Shown piece by piece: positions 10,794-20,349 of a DNA stretch of 64,000 nucleotides (position 1 is the stretch's first letter; each line of letters starts with the position of its first letter). Both the position numbers and the translations under genes were made by a program. The DNA is from Candidatus Latescibacterota bacterium (lineage in GTDB: Bacteria; Latescibacterota; UBA2968; GCA-2709665): contig OZ242180.1 in the NCBI GenBank assembly GCA_965205485.1, forward strand, positions 2,624,001 to 2,688,000, in the 5' to 3' direction. The notes beneath the pieces were generated by a model. The model was not told the DNA's origin and did not search any database. It worked only from the letters and a program-made list of their open reading frames with translations.

Positions 10794-11651
10794 TCAGTGC
10801 AGATATGCCTTGAGCGGGCGGCTACGGGAGTTGTGGCGCAGCCGGTGGATGGCTTTTTCCTTGATCTGGCGTACCCGCTCGCGCGTCAATCCGAAACGTT
10901 CGCCGATTTCTTCCAGGGTAAGCGGGTGCTCACGGTTGATGCCGAAGTAGAGGCTGATCACTTCGGCTTCGCGTGGCGTGAGGGTTGCCAGCGCTTTCTC
11001 GACTTCGCGGTGGAGCGAGTCGTCGATGAGCGATTCGTCGGGGGGCGGCTGCAACTGATCTTCCAGAATGTCCAGCAGACTGTTGTCTTCGCTTTCGCTG
11101 AACGGGGCGTCAAGCGAAAGGTGCCGGCTCGAGATCTTGAGCGTATCCATCACCTCATAGTCGCTCATTTCAAGTTCATCGGCAATCTCGCTGGGGCTGG
11201 GCTCTCGACCGAATTCCTGCTCCAGCCCGCTGGATGCCTTGCCGATTTTGTGCAGGGCGCCCACCCTGTTCAGAGGCAGCCGTACGATTCTGGACTGTTC
11301 GGCCAGGGCCTGAAGGATGGCCTGCCTGATCCACCACACGGCGTATGAAATGAACTTGAAGCCCTTTGTTTCATCGAAGCGTTTGGCCGCTTTAATAAGA
11401 CCCAGATTTCCTTCGTTGATCAGGTCTCCCATTGAGAGACCCTGATTCTGGTATTGTTTGGCCACGCTTACAACGAATCTAAGGTTGGCTTTGGTCAGCT
11501 TCTCGAGGGCATCCTGGTCGCCCTTCTTGATACGCTTGGCGAGGGCGATCTCTTCGTCTGCCGTGAGAAGATCGACTTCTCCGATCTCCTGAAGGTACTG
11601 ATCCAGGGATTCATCTTCGCGCGCGTACGGCCTCTTAGCTAGCTTAGACAC
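10794..11651 (-). CDS. rpoD: RNA polymerase sigma70 factor, RpoD/SigA family (short type lacking region 1.1)
   Basis: [49 protein letters not shown] and [23 protein letters not shown] motifs; 285 aa. Confidence 0.9.
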   Translation of the reverse strand: MSKLAKRPYAREDESLDQYLQEIGEVDLLTADEEIALAKRIKKGDQDALEKLTKANLRFVVSVAKQYQNQGLSMGDLINEGNLGLIKAAKRFDETKGFKFISYAVWWIRQAILQALAEQSRIVRLPLNRVGALHKIGKASSGLEQEFGREPSPSEIADELEMSDYEVMDTLKISSRHLSLDAPFSESEDNSLLDILEDQLQPPPDESLIDDSLHREVEKALATLTPREAEVISLYFGINREHPLTLEEIGERFGLTRERVRQIKEKAIHRLRHNSRSRPLKAYLH

Positions 11652-11883
11652 TCGTCAGCCTTTCTTTGCACCGGGGAAGGTCGGTTCAGTTGGCCGGAGT
11701 TACGAGCCGGACTGTGAGCCGAGAAATCAGTTCGGGAGAATCGACTGAATATCTCGAAGGGGACTAAGACTGTCGTAGTGAACCTTGCTGATGCTGATAC
11801 CGGTCATGAAGACAGGTGAGCGCTACATAAGAATGCCTCCTTTCAATCGGCCGGACGTCCTTCAACAGATGACTGAAGCGCGT

Positions 11884-13266
11884 TCAGCGCCCCGGTCGGA
11901 GGGCAACGAACCGCGTATTGCCGTCGTCCTTATTGAGGATAAGGAACAGACCGGGCCTTACAGCCCTCTTGATCTCTTCAACCATCTTGTTATAGTCCCG
12001 GACGTTTGAGATGGCAACGCCGTCGATTTCGAGGATCGCATCGCCGCGTTCGATTTGTTTTTTTTCCGCCGGACTTCCGGGCGCGACGTAATGTACCACG
12101 ACGCCGGGTCCAGTTCTGGACACCTGGAGGCGGCCGCTTTCCCAATCCGAGCGATTCTTGACCTCAAGCCCGGGCCAACCTGAACTGTTGGAACGGAATC
12201 CGTTCGGAGGACGAGGCTGCTTCAGCCTCCGTCCCAGCGTGCAGGAGATCCTGAGCGGTCTCCCGTCCCGAACGACGATAAGCGCAATGGACTCCCCGGG
12301 ACGGTACCTTGTTATCCGATTGAGAAAATCCTGGGCATTGATGATGGGGCTGGCGTCGAGCGACCTGATGATGTCGCCCCGCTTGAGGCCGCCCCGCCCC
12401 GCCGGGCCGTCCGCCTGAACTTCCCCGATCAATATGCCCGACGTCGACTGCAGATCCAGCGCGTCCGCGAGATCGCGGGTTAGATCCTGGGGTTGGATAC
12501 CCAGGTAACCGCGGACAACCTCTCCGTGTTGACGGAGTTCCGCTGCAACCCGGCCGGCAACGTCAATCGGAATGGCGAATCCGATGCCGGACCCCGCGGG
12601 ATTGTACGCGGTATTCACGCCCACGACCCGCCCGGCGCTATTGACGAGGGGTCCACCGCTGTTGCCTGGATTGATGGACGCGTCCGTCTGCAGGAAGTCC
12701 TGAAAGGGCGGCGCCGGAATGTCGCCCTGAATTCGCTCCAGATACCTTCCCTTGCCGCTGACCACGCCGACGCTGACAGTATGGTGAAAGCCGAAAGGAC
12801 TGCCAACGGCCATCACCCAGTCGCCGACCTCTACGGAATCTGAAGTGCCCAGACGCGCAATGCGCGTACGATCGATCGGGACGTTTGAAAGAAGCCGTAG
12901 AAGCGCCAGGTCGGTGTCCGGATCCTGCCCGATGATTTCCGCGGCGTATTCCGTGCCGTCGAAAAACTCCACCTGAATACCGGCCGCGCCGTCTATAACG
13001 TGGTTGCTCGTCAGGATATGTCCGGTGGCGTCCAGGACAAAGCCTGATCCGTATCGCAACGCAGACGGACCCCGGCGCAACCCCGACCGGGAGATCTCCC
13101 TGCCGTAGGGTGTGTTGGCAGATATGCTGACAACCGCCGGTCTTACCAGCCTGACAACATTGGCAAACGACCGTACGGGACTGTCGGCCCATGCAGTCTC
13201 GAACCGCAACAGGAAGAGCGCAGCAAAGAAGGTAACCTGGCAAACACGCCGGAGTTGGGGTGTCAT
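11884..13266 (-). CDS. Do/DegP/HtrA-family serine protease with two PDZ domains
   Basis: GSGFV, TSNHVI (His), DLALL (Asp) and QTDASINPGNSGGPL (Ser) motifs, followed by PDZ-like regions. Confidence 0.95.
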   Translation of the reverse strand: MTPQLRRVCQVTFFAALFLLRFETAWADSPVRSFANVVRLVRPAVVSISANTPYGREISRSGLRRGPSALRYGSGFVLDATGHILTSNHVIDGAAGIQVEFFDGTEYAAEIIGQDPDTDLALLRLLSNVPIDRTRIARLGTSDSVEVGDWVMAVGSPFGFHHTVSVGVVSGKGRYLERIQGDIPAPPFQDFLQTDASINPGNSGGPLVNSAGRVVGVNTAYNPAGSGIGFAIPIDVAGRVAAELRQHGEVVRGYLGIQPQDLTRDLADALDLQSTSGILIGEVQADGPAGRGGLKRGDIIRSLDASPIINAQDFLNRITRYRPGESIALIVVRDGRPLRISCTLGRRLKQPRPPNGFRSNSSGWPGLEVKNRSDWESGRLQVSRTGPGVVVHYVAPGSPAEKKQIERGDAILEIDGVAISNVRDYNKMVEEIKRAVRPGLFLILNKDDGNTRFVALRPGR

Positions 13267-13285
13267 GCCGACAAGACCGACAGGG

Positions 13286-13630
13286 CTATGTCTCCGCCTC
13301 TGCGGTTTTCTCCTCTTCCTGGTTGTTGCCGGATTTCAGATTGTTCAGATGGGCTTCCCGCTCTTGCAGGAGGTTTTCGAGTTCGTTGATTCTCCGCACC
13401 AGTTCCTGAACGTCGTCTGCCTGGGCAACGTCAGCTTCGCCACCCTCGGACAGGTGCGCGTAGACCGCGCCTCCCAACTCTGCGAAGGCTTCGTGTATGG
13501 CATGGCGGGTCCCGGCGATATCGAGCCTGGCGCGGCCGATTTTCCCGAGGTGCTCGGCTTTGTGGGCTGCCGTCGCGGCACTGTCGATGATCCCTCGCTT
13601 AATGCGTTCCCAAAGCGTGTCTGTATCCAT
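13286..13630 (-). CDS. Hypothetical coiled-coil protein
   Basis: 114 aa helical/coiled-coil pattern; RBS gaaggag; co-oriented between the BMC-H gene and degP. Confidence 0.7.
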   Translation of the reverse strand: MDTDTLWERIKRGIIDSAATAAHKAEHLGKIGRARLDIAGTRHAIHEAFAELGGAVYAHLSEGGEADVAQADDVQELVRRINELENLLQEREAHLNNLKSGNNQEEEKTAEAET

Positions 13631-13647
13631 CCGGGACTCCTTCGACG

Positions 13648-14097
13648 CTACGTGTCGATGTTGGCATTTGCGCTGCGGAGCGCCTGGATCAACTGCTCGC
13701 GGGTTGCACGGGAGATCTCGCGCCCCCTTATGGACAGACCGGGCGTCTTTCTGGCCAGTTGACGGAGCTGTACTACCGAGAGACCGCTGACGTCCGGATT
13801 ATCCGGGTTCCGGGGTTGCTGCCCGTTCAATTCGAATACGTCGACCAGATCGTCGTGAGGATTCGGAATCACGTGCCGCGATACCAGTTGCCCGACCCGT
13901 TCCGCAGCCTCGGCGGCAGCCTGAACGGCGGCCTGTACGGCCCCCACGTCGCCCAGGATTCGAATGGACACCAGGCCTCCCTCTATCTTCTCAACGGCCG
14001 CGAGTTCAACGGCCGCGGCCTTCACGGCCGCGTCGGCGGCTTCGACGACGCCGGTGAATCCACGTGTTTCAATGAGTCCTAACGCGTTTTTGGCCAT
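13648..14097 (-). CDS. BMC-H shell protein with C-terminal helical extension
   Basis: ALGLIETRG...AADAAVKAA...GDVGAVQAAV...HVIPNPH (Pfam BMC pattern), then a linker and SVVQLRQLARKTPGLSIRGREISRATREQLIQAL. Confidence 0.92.
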   Translation of the reverse strand: MAKNALGLIETRGFTGVVEAADAAVKAAAVELAAVEKIEGGLVSIRILGDVGAVQAAVQAAAEAAERVGQLVSRHVIPNPHDDLVDVFELNGQQPRNPDNPDVSGLSVVQLRQLARKTPGLSIRGREISRATREQLIQALRSANANIDT

Positions 14098-14127
14098 TTC
14101 GGGACCCGGAGCACCAGCTGCGAAAAC

Positions 14128-14179
14128 ACGACAGCGGCCACCTCGGGCGCACGGAGACGCCCGAGGTGGCCGCTGTCGT
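14128..14179 (-). terminator. Perfect 22-bp hairpin (terminator/attenuator-like) just upstream of the BMC-H gene
   Basis: acgacagcggccacctcgggcg (14128-14149) and its exact reverse complement (14158-14179) with an 8-nt loop; followed by gtttt on the minus strand. Confidence 0.6.
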
Positions 14180-14264
14180 TCAACTTAGCAGATGAAATAG
14201 GGGAAAGATCATCAGGACCATTCGGTTACGTACAATCGCTAAGTTAGGTTACGTGCCAATCTTT

Positions 14265-14293
14265 AAGATAAGGAAAATGTCCGTTCGTGTCAC
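14265..14293 (-). promoter_or_regulatory. Possible sigma70-type promoter
   Basis: Minus strand GTGACA, 17 nt spacer, TATCTT within an AT-rich intergenic region. Confidence 0.4.
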
Positions 14294-14350
14294 GTTTTTT
14301 TTCGGTCACGAAAAAGACAGGTATATACTTAATATCTGGAAAACAATAAG

Positions 14351-15967
14351 TTATCGAAAAAAGTCCTGCGACCAGTCATAACGGCTCGCCCCTTTTTCCG
14401 TACCAAACCAGACGTAGTCGTCCTGAAGGAGCACGGCCTGTGTACGATCGTCGATCAAGCCGCTGGTTTGCGTGTAGCGTTTCCAGAGTTTCGTGGAAAT
14501 ATCAAAGCGGAACCCGCCGAGGTCGGTGCCGAGCCAGACGTGGCTGGTATCGGCCGCGATGGAAACGTGACGGTCGCCGTGCAATTCGGCGAGCGCGAAT
14601 CGTTGCCAGGCCGAGTCGGGTGCGGCCAGATGAATGAGCGCAGACGGCGATTCAACGGTTGCCCACACGCCGTCCCTGCAGGTGGCCAGCCCGCTGATGG
14701 GCCGGGACGTGAGTCCGCCGGGGCTCCGGACGGGCGTCCAGCTCACGTCGTCGACGGGACAGCGAAACAGACCCAGATGTGTGCCGGCCCAGATGTAGCC
14801 CGCGCCGGCGGCCATGGCCTGGATGGCGAATCTCTCGCTGCCGCCCACCCAGCGAATGGTGTCGGCCTGTGTATCGAACACGGCCAGTCCTGCCTGGGTG
14901 CCGATCCAGACCCGCGTGCCCGCTCTGGCCAGCGCGGTGACGCCTCTGCGGCTTGGCAAACGATAGGTGATCCACTGTCCGGAGTGACGGACGTAACGGA
15001 TGAGTCCGTTCCAGGCGCCGAACCAGACCGTGGCGCTGTCGGGAAGAATGGCGGAAATACGGGCCTCGTCCAGACCCATGATGTGTTCCGGTTCGAAGTA
15101 CTCCCATAGTTGGGTTGAGAGGTGGTATCGGGTAATTCCCTGTTCCCTGAGCCCGTAGACGCCCCTGCCTCCGAACCAGATGCTGTCTCCGTCTCTCGCC
15201 ATGGCAGTGATATTCTCGTCGAGAGGCCCGAAAGCGTGAAACTCGAGCTGCCGGTCCGTCATGTTCGCCTTGCCGACGCCCAATCCGCCGGTGCCGATCC
15301 ACAGCGATTGCCAGGTGTCCATCAGCGTCGCCGTGATGGGATAGCTCCGTCGCGGACCCTGGATCCATCCGCCCTCAATGAAGAAGCCAAAGGGCATATA
15401 GATCGGCGGAATCGTCGCCGGCGGGGGGCGTGGGGGCGGATCGTCGCCGAAATAGGAAACGGATTCGAGCCGCGTGAGCCAGCGGGCCGCGCCCGACGGC
15501 GTGTCCATCCAGAGTTCGCCGGTTCTGGCGTCGTAGGCGATAGCGCGGATGCGATTGTCGGGCAGGCCGTCCAGGACGGTTAGCGGCCTGTGCCATCGTT
15601 CGCCGTAAATATCGAAACGCCGGATGCCCCCCTCGGTGCCCACGTAGACGTACTGGCTGCCTTCAGCCAGGGCCGTAACCGAATTCATGTTGGGAAAGTG
15701 GGTCCAGAGTTCCCGATCGAACGCGGGAGCCGGTTCCGCGAGCATGAGAAACAGCGCGATGAGAAGCTGTTTTAAAATCACCGGTGAGTTCCCGAGCGCG
15801 AGCGAAAAAGTGGCGGTCAAGGCGGGAAAATCCGCCCATATACTAATGTATCGTGGCTGCGCGCCCCTCGCCACTCTTGGGTGGGTTTGACCAACGCCGA
15901 CCGGCGCTTTTGCAGCCGCGCGAAGACCGCTGGGGATTTTAAGACAGCTTCTGGAAAAGGATATCAT
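14351..15967 (-). CDS. Secreted beta-propeller protein (two-component regulator propeller-like repeats) with an in-frame MITE in its N-terminus
   Basis: Repeated (V/I)W(F/I/L)GTxxG blades and GLPDNRIRAI / GLIDDRTQAV motifs. ATG at 15967; alternative GTG at 15781 inside the MITE. Confidence 0.75.
   Translation of the reverse strand: MISFSRSCLKIPSGLRAAAKAPVGVGQTHPRVARGAQPRYISIWADFPALTATFSLALGNSPVILKQLLIALFLMLAEPAPAFDRELWTHFPNMNSVTALAEGSQYVYVGTEGGIRRFDIYGERWHRPLTVLDGLPDNRIRAIAYDARTGELWMDTPSGAARWLTRLESVSYFGDDPPPRPPPATIPPIYMPFGFFIEGGWIQGPRRSYPITATLMDTWQSLWIGTGGLGVGKANMTDRQLEFHAFGPLDENITAMARDGDSIWFGGRGVYGLREQGITRYHLSTQLWEYFEPEHIMGLDEARISAILPDSATVWFGAWNGLIRYVRHSGQWITYRLPSRRGVTALARAGTRVWIGTQAGLAVFDTQADTIRWVGGSERFAIQAMAAGAGYIWAGTHLGLFRCPVDDVSWTPVRSPGGLTSRPISGLATCRDGVWATVESPSALIHLAAPDSAWQRFALAELHGDRHVSIAADTSHVWLGTDLGGFRFDISTKLWKRYTQTSGLIDDRTQAVLLQDDYVWFGTEKGASRYDWSQDFFR
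15763..15951. mobile_element. MITE family A, copy 1 (189 bp)
   Basis: TIRs gaagctgttttaaaat / attttaagacagcttc; nearly identical to 22618-22806. Confidence 0.9.
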
Positions 15968-15986
15968 GGGTTCGGGGATCCGTGCG

Positions 15987-17177
15987 TTACGACATACGCC
16001 TGACGAGGGCCGCGGTCTCACGGGCCACGATGACTTCTTCGTTGGTGGTCACGATCGCGATTTTCGCGGCGCTTTCGGAAGCGGAGATCAGCCGCTCCGG
16101 AGGTCCGGAGGCGTTCGTTTCCGGGTCGAGCTCAATTCCCAGAAACTCCAGACCCCGGCAGACGCGCCTCCGAACGTGAACGCCGCGTTCGCCGATGCCT
16201 CCCGCAAAGGCCAGCGCATCGACTCCGCCAAGCGCGGCCGCCATTGCGCCGATGGCTGTCTTCACGCCGTAGCAGAACGTCTCGATGGCCAGTCTTGCCC
16301 TTGGGTTGCCGGCATCGGCGGCCGTTTCAAGGTCGCGGACGTCCCCGCTGAGACCGGAGATTCCGACCAGGCCGCTTTCCGTGGTGAGAATGCGCCGGAT
16401 GTCGTCCGTAGAGAGGTTTTCGCGGTCCATCATGAATGGAATGATGAAGGGGTCGATGGCGCCGTTACGGTTTCCGTGGATGATACCGTCCTGGGCTGAG
16501 AATCCCATCGTGGTGTCGATCGACCTCCCGTCCTTGATCGCGCACAGAGACGCGCTGCCGCCGAGGTGGCAGGAAATCAGATTCAGTCCGACGGCCGGCC
16601 GGTCGAGGAGCCGCGGCACTCTTTCCGAGACGTAGCGGTGGGAGGCGCCGTGGAAACCGTATTTGCGCACGCCGTAGGTCTCGTACCAGACGAACGGAAT
16701 GCTGTAGGTGTACGCGTAATCCGGAATGGTGGCGTGGAACGCCGGTTCGAAGAGCCCGATCAGAGGAAGGTCCGGGTAGAGCGCGCGAAAGATCCGGACA
16801 GCCTGTATGTACGGGGGATTGTGGGCCGGCGCGAGATCGTTGTAGTCGGCCATGCGCTTGAGAATCCCGTCGTCCAGCACGTACGTCCCCGGTTCCCCGC
16901 GCAGGTGGACGGTCTTGAACCCGACGGCGTCCAGGTCGGAGCCTCCCCGGCTTCCGACCACGCTCCCGAGCGTTTCCATGACGTTCCGGATCGCAGTAGG
17001 GTAATCGGGAAGCGCGCAGGTGGATCGGGTTTCCGATGTACCAATGCGATGTTGAACGGGACATCGCGTGCCGCCGATACGTTCGAGGCGCCCCTCGGCG
17101 AGTACCGTCTCGTCGGTCATATCGAAGAGTTTGTACTTGAACGACGTACTGCCGACGTTTGCGACGAGGATTTTCAT
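15987..17177 (-). CDS. ackA: Acetate/propionate kinase
   Basis: KILVANVGSTSFKYKL, LAPAHNP, AFHATIP, RKYGFHGASH, CHLGGSAS, DTTMGF, FAGGIGE and TNEE motifs. Confidence 0.93.
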   Translation of the reverse strand: MKILVANVGSTSFKYKLFDMTDETVLAEGRLERIGGTRCPVQHRIGTSETRSTCALPDYPTAIRNVMETLGSVVGSRGGSDLDAVGFKTVHLRGEPGTYVLDDGILKRMADYNDLAPAHNPPYIQAVRIFRALYPDLPLIGLFEPAFHATIPDYAYTYSIPFVWYETYGVRKYGFHGASHRYVSERVPRLLDRPAVGLNLISCHLGGSASLCAIKDGRSIDTTMGFSAQDGIIHGNRNGAIDPFIIPFMMDRENLSTDDIRRILTTESGLVGISGLSGDVRDLETAADAGNPRARLAIETFCYGVKTAIGAMAAALGGVDALAFAGGIGERGVHVRRRVCRGLEFLGIELDPETNASGPPERLISASESAAKIAIVTTNEEVIVARETAALVRRMS

Positions 17178-17178
17178 A

Positions 17179-17340
17179 GAAGTTGTCTAAAAATTACCGG
17201 TGAGTTCCAGAGCGTGAGCGAAAAAGCGGCGGTCAAGGCGGGAAAATCCGCCCATATTTGTCTATAAGGGTGGGTTTGACCAACGCTGACCGGCGCTTTT
17301 GCAGCCGCGCGAAGACCGCTGGGAATTTTAAGACAGCTTC
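17179..17340. mobile_element. MITE family A, copy 2 (162 bp, internally deleted)
   Basis: TIRs gaagttgtctaaaaatt / aattttaagacagcttc; only 1 nt separates it from the ackA ATG. Confidence 0.88.
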
Positions 17341-17367
17341 ATCGGCGGCGGCGTGGGGTGTCGCGGA

Positions 17368-18195
17368 CTATTCCGGCTTCCCGGTACGGAGTTCCTGCAT
17401 CACCTGGCGGGTGATTTCGGTGATGAGGTCGTCTTTCGCCGGCGGAGGATCGCCGGAAGGGCTCGAGGCGCTGCGTGTGCGAAGGGTGGGGATTTGCGGT
17501 TCTGAGGTGTCGGGCCCGGATGGCGCCCTGCCGACGTCGCACGCCGGGTCCGGTCCCCGGATGCCCAGGCGCTGTCGGATCTGAAGGAGTTTGTCAACCT
17601 GTTCCCGGTTCAGGACGTTGGCGCCGCCCAACTGGCGCGCCACAAAGAGGATTCGCGCGAAATGTTCCAGGGTTTCCATTTTGAAATAGGCGTTCATCAC
17701 GTCGGAACCGACGGTGGTAGCGCCATGATTCTCAAGCAGATAGGCATCGTAGTCCTTGACGAACTTTCGAATCGGTTCGGAGATCTCCGGCCCTCCGGGC
17801 GTCCCGTACTTCGCCGTGGGAATCGAGCCGAGCGTGATCACGACCTCGGGCAGAACGCAATCGGTGAGCGGCATTCCGGCAACCGAGAATCCCGTTGCCG
17901 TGGGCGGATGCGCGTGGACGACCGCCTTGATGTCGGACCGTTCCCTGTAGAGGAACAGATGCATGCCGATTTCGGAGGAAGGGCTCCGAACGCCGCTGAT
18001 CTTCCTGCCTTCCATGTCGCAAACGCACAGATCCTCTACGGACAGGTTGCCTTTGCACAGCCCGGCGGGCGTAACAATCAGGCGGCTTTCGTCGAAGCGG
18101 GCGGAAATGTTTCCGTCACTCGAGACGATGTAACCCCTGTCGTAGAGCCTGCGTCCGGCTTCCACGATATCCAGTTTTGCCTGATGGAGCGTCAT
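17368..18195 (-). CDS. Class II aldolase/adducin family (fuculose/rhamnulose-1-phosphate aldolase-like) with C-terminal encapsulation peptide
   Basis: DGNISAR, PSSEIGMH, VVHAHP and LLENHG motifs; a Pro/Ser linker precedes the amphipathic helix DDLITEITRQVMQELR. Confidence 0.9.
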   Translation of the reverse strand: MTLHQAKLDIVEAGRRLYDRGYIVSSDGNISARFDESRLIVTPAGLCKGNLSVEDLCVCDMEGRKISGVRSPSSEIGMHLFLYRERSDIKAVVHAHPPTATGFSVAGMPLTDCVLPEVVITLGSIPTAKYGTPGGPEISEPIRKFVKDYDAYLLENHGATTVGSDVMNAYFKMETLEHFARILFVARQLGGANVLNREQVDKLLQIRQRLGIRGPDPACDVGRAPSGPDTSEPQIPTLRTRSASSPSGDPPPAKDDLITEITRQVMQELRTGKPE

Positions 18196-18219
18196 GGCGA
18201 GGGGTCCGGATGGTCGTCT

Positions 18220-18531
18220 TTACGGTGCAGGTTGTCGATGACTGCGGTCGTCTTGCGTCTGCGGCTCGCAGACGACCTGGTCCACGATCCCGACGATAAC
18301 GGAGCGGATGGGCGGCCGGTCCACCCCCAGGACCTGCGCGGCCGCAATGCCCTGGCGCAGGACGAGTACGGTTTCGCCGGCGCCCGAGCCGGCTGCGTCG
18401 ACGGCAAGCAGGGTGTCATCCACCTCGCTGCCGTCGGGCCGGACCGGTTGTACCAGCATGAGTTTTGCGGCGTCGTAGGCCGGATGTTTCAGCGTGGAAA
18501 CAACGCTGCCGATGACTCGGGCCAGAATCAT
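18220..18531 (-). CDS. BMC-P pentamer (EutN/CcmL family)
   Basis: MILARVIGSVVSTLKH...AVDAAGSGAGETVL...IVGIVD. Confidence 0.93.
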   Translation of the reverse strand: MILARVIGSVVSTLKHPAYDAAKLMLVQPVRPDGSEVDDTLLAVDAAGSGAGETVLVLRQGIAAAQVLGVDRPPIRSVIVGIVDQVVCEPQTQDDRSHRQPAP

Positions 18532-18577
18532 GGATTCCGCGGATTCGAGGGAGACCGGAGGACTGCGCGCGGTCCGG

Positions 18578-18853
18578 TCATGGTTCGTTCCGGATATCGA
18601 TGCGGTCGGCGATGCCGACGATGGCGGCGTCTACGGGTCCGTATTTGTCGGGCAGGGCGTTGGGCGCTTCCCGCGCGCTGACCCAGTAGACGGTCTCACC
18701 CTGTCCCGCGCTGACCACGTCTGCCGCCACCAGCGCGTCGCCGTGGTCGTTCCGGCGGTGGTCCAGAGGCCGGATGACGAGCAGCCGGATGCCTTTGAGC
18801 GACGGGTCTTTCCTTGTGGCTACGATTTTTCCCGAGACGCGGCCGAGTCGCAT
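18578..18853 (-). CDS. BMC-P pentamer (EutN/CcmL family)
   Basis: MRLGRVSGKIVATRKD...AADVVSAGQGETV...PVDAAIVGIAD. Confidence 0.93.
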   Translation of the reverse strand: MRLGRVSGKIVATRKDPSLKGIRLLVIRPLDHRRNDHGDALVAADVVSAGQGETVYWVSAREAPNALPDKYGPVDAAIVGIADRIDIRNEP

Positions 18854-18902
18854 GGGCACCTGGGCATTGAGAGTGGGAACCGGGAATGGTCCTCGCCGGA
18901 CG

Positions 18903-20339
18903 TCATACGATCCTGAAGTAGTCGACCAGCGTGCAGCGCCGCTGCCGGGTGAACGTCCTGGCCGATGTGCAGCCCTCGCCGGTGGGCGTGGCGATGGAGA
19001 ACGAGGTGTATCCTTCGCCGCCTGCCCCCACGCCGGCAGTTGACGGTCCGTTCTTGATAAAGAGACTGCAGCGGCACGCCCGGGCCATGTTCGTCATGTT
19101 TTCCACGTTCTTCGAGTGCATGACGGCCGTGTGGCGATATCCATGTTCGGCCTCCACGGCCCGTTCGATGCCGGTGTTGACATCGGGTACGCGGACAACC
19201 GGAATGAACGGCATCATCTGCTCATTCTGCGTGAAGGGATGCGCAGCTACGACCTCGCCGATCAGCAACTCCGTTTCGGGGGGCACGTTCAGGCCGATAC
19301 TCTCGGCCAGAACATGCGGGTTTCGACCCACGAATTCCCGGTTGACGGTTTGTTCGCCGCCGCCGTCCGCGGTAAACGCGTGTGCGGTCAGGCCTTCGAT
19401 CTGGCCGCGGTCCAGCTCGACGCATCCCCTGGCCAGCAGGGAACGCTTGAGTTCGTCGGCGACGGACTCGACGACGAAGACTTCCTTTTCGCCGATGCAG
19501 AGGATATTATTGTCGAATGCGCCGCCTTCGACGATCCCATCGGCGGCCGTGTCGAGGTCGGCGGTTTCATCGACCACCACCGGGGGATTTCCGGGACCCG
19601 CGGCAATGACCCGTTTCGGCGCGCGCATCGCGGCCTTGACAACGCCGCCCCCGCCCGTTACCAGGACGAGGTCGATTTTCGGATGTACGAAGAGATCCTG
19701 GGCGGTCTGAATGCTGGGTTCGTGGACGGCGGTCAACAGATTTGGAGGTCCGCCGGCGTCGACGATCGCCCGGTTGAGGATCTGAATGCCCAGTTGGGAG
19801 ACGTTTTTCGCGGCGGGGTGTGGTGCAAATACGGCACTGTTTCCTGCAGCGATCAGGCTGATGGCGTTGTTCACGGTCGTGGGAACCGGATGTGTGGAGG
19901 GCGTGACGGCGGCAACGATGCCGAAGGGCGCCAGTTCGACGACGGTCAGCCCGCGGTCGCCGGTCCAGGCCACCGGTTCCAGGTCCTCCACGCCCGGGGT
20001 GAGACGGGCAACCACGTCGAATTTCCGGATCTTGTGGGCGATTCTGCCCATGCCGGTCTCGTCGAGGGTCATCTGCGCCAGGCCCTTGGCATGGTCCAGC
20101 GCCGCCTTGCGAATGGCCTCGATGATTTCGCGCCGGACTTCGAGCGACAGGGCCTCCAGTTCGCGCTGGGCCCCGCCGGCCGCTTCGATCGCGTCGTCCA
20201 GTCGTTCGAAGATGCCGTCGTCCCCATTACCGCCCGTGCGGACCGGAGACGAGACGACAGCGGGGGCCCGCGCTTCCGGCGCGAGGGTGCGGACGACTTC
20301 CTCAACGACCGATCTGATTTGGGCTTCGCTGATGTTCAT
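18903..20339 (-). CDS. CoA-acylating aldehyde dehydrogenase (EutE/PduP family) with N-terminal encapsulation peptide
   Basis: N-terminal ISEAQIRSVVEEVVRTL; PFGIVAAVTPSTHP, TGGGGVV, AGPGNPP, DNNILCIGEK (catalytic Cys) and TPTGEG motifs. Confidence 0.95.
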   Translation of the reverse strand: MNISEAQIRSVVEEVVRTLAPEARAPAVVSSPVRTGGNGDDGIFERLDDAIEAAGGAQRELEALSLEVRREIIEAIRKAALDHAKGLAQMTLDETGMGRIAHKIRKFDVVARLTPGVEDLEPVAWTGDRGLTVVELAPFGIVAAVTPSTHPVPTTVNNAISLIAAGNSAVFAPHPAAKNVSQLGIQILNRAIVDAGGPPNLLTAVHEPSIQTAQDLFVHPKIDLVLVTGGGGVVKAAMRAPKRVIAAGPGNPPVVVDETADLDTAADGIVEGGAFDNNILCIGEKEVFVVESVADELKRSLLARGCVELDRGQIEGLTAHAFTADGGGEQTVNREFVGRNPHVLAESIGLNVPPETELLIGEVVAAHPFTQNEQMMPFIPVVRVPDVNTGIERAVEAEHGYRHTAVMHSKNVENMTNMARACRCSLFIKNGPSTAGVGAGGEGYTSFSIATPTGEGCTSARTFTRQRRCTLVDYFRIV

Positions 20340-20349
20340 CGTAACCAGG

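Noticed and set aside
14240..14262. TTGGCACG on the minus strand as a sigma54 promoter
   Set aside because: The -12 TTGC element is absent at the required spacing.
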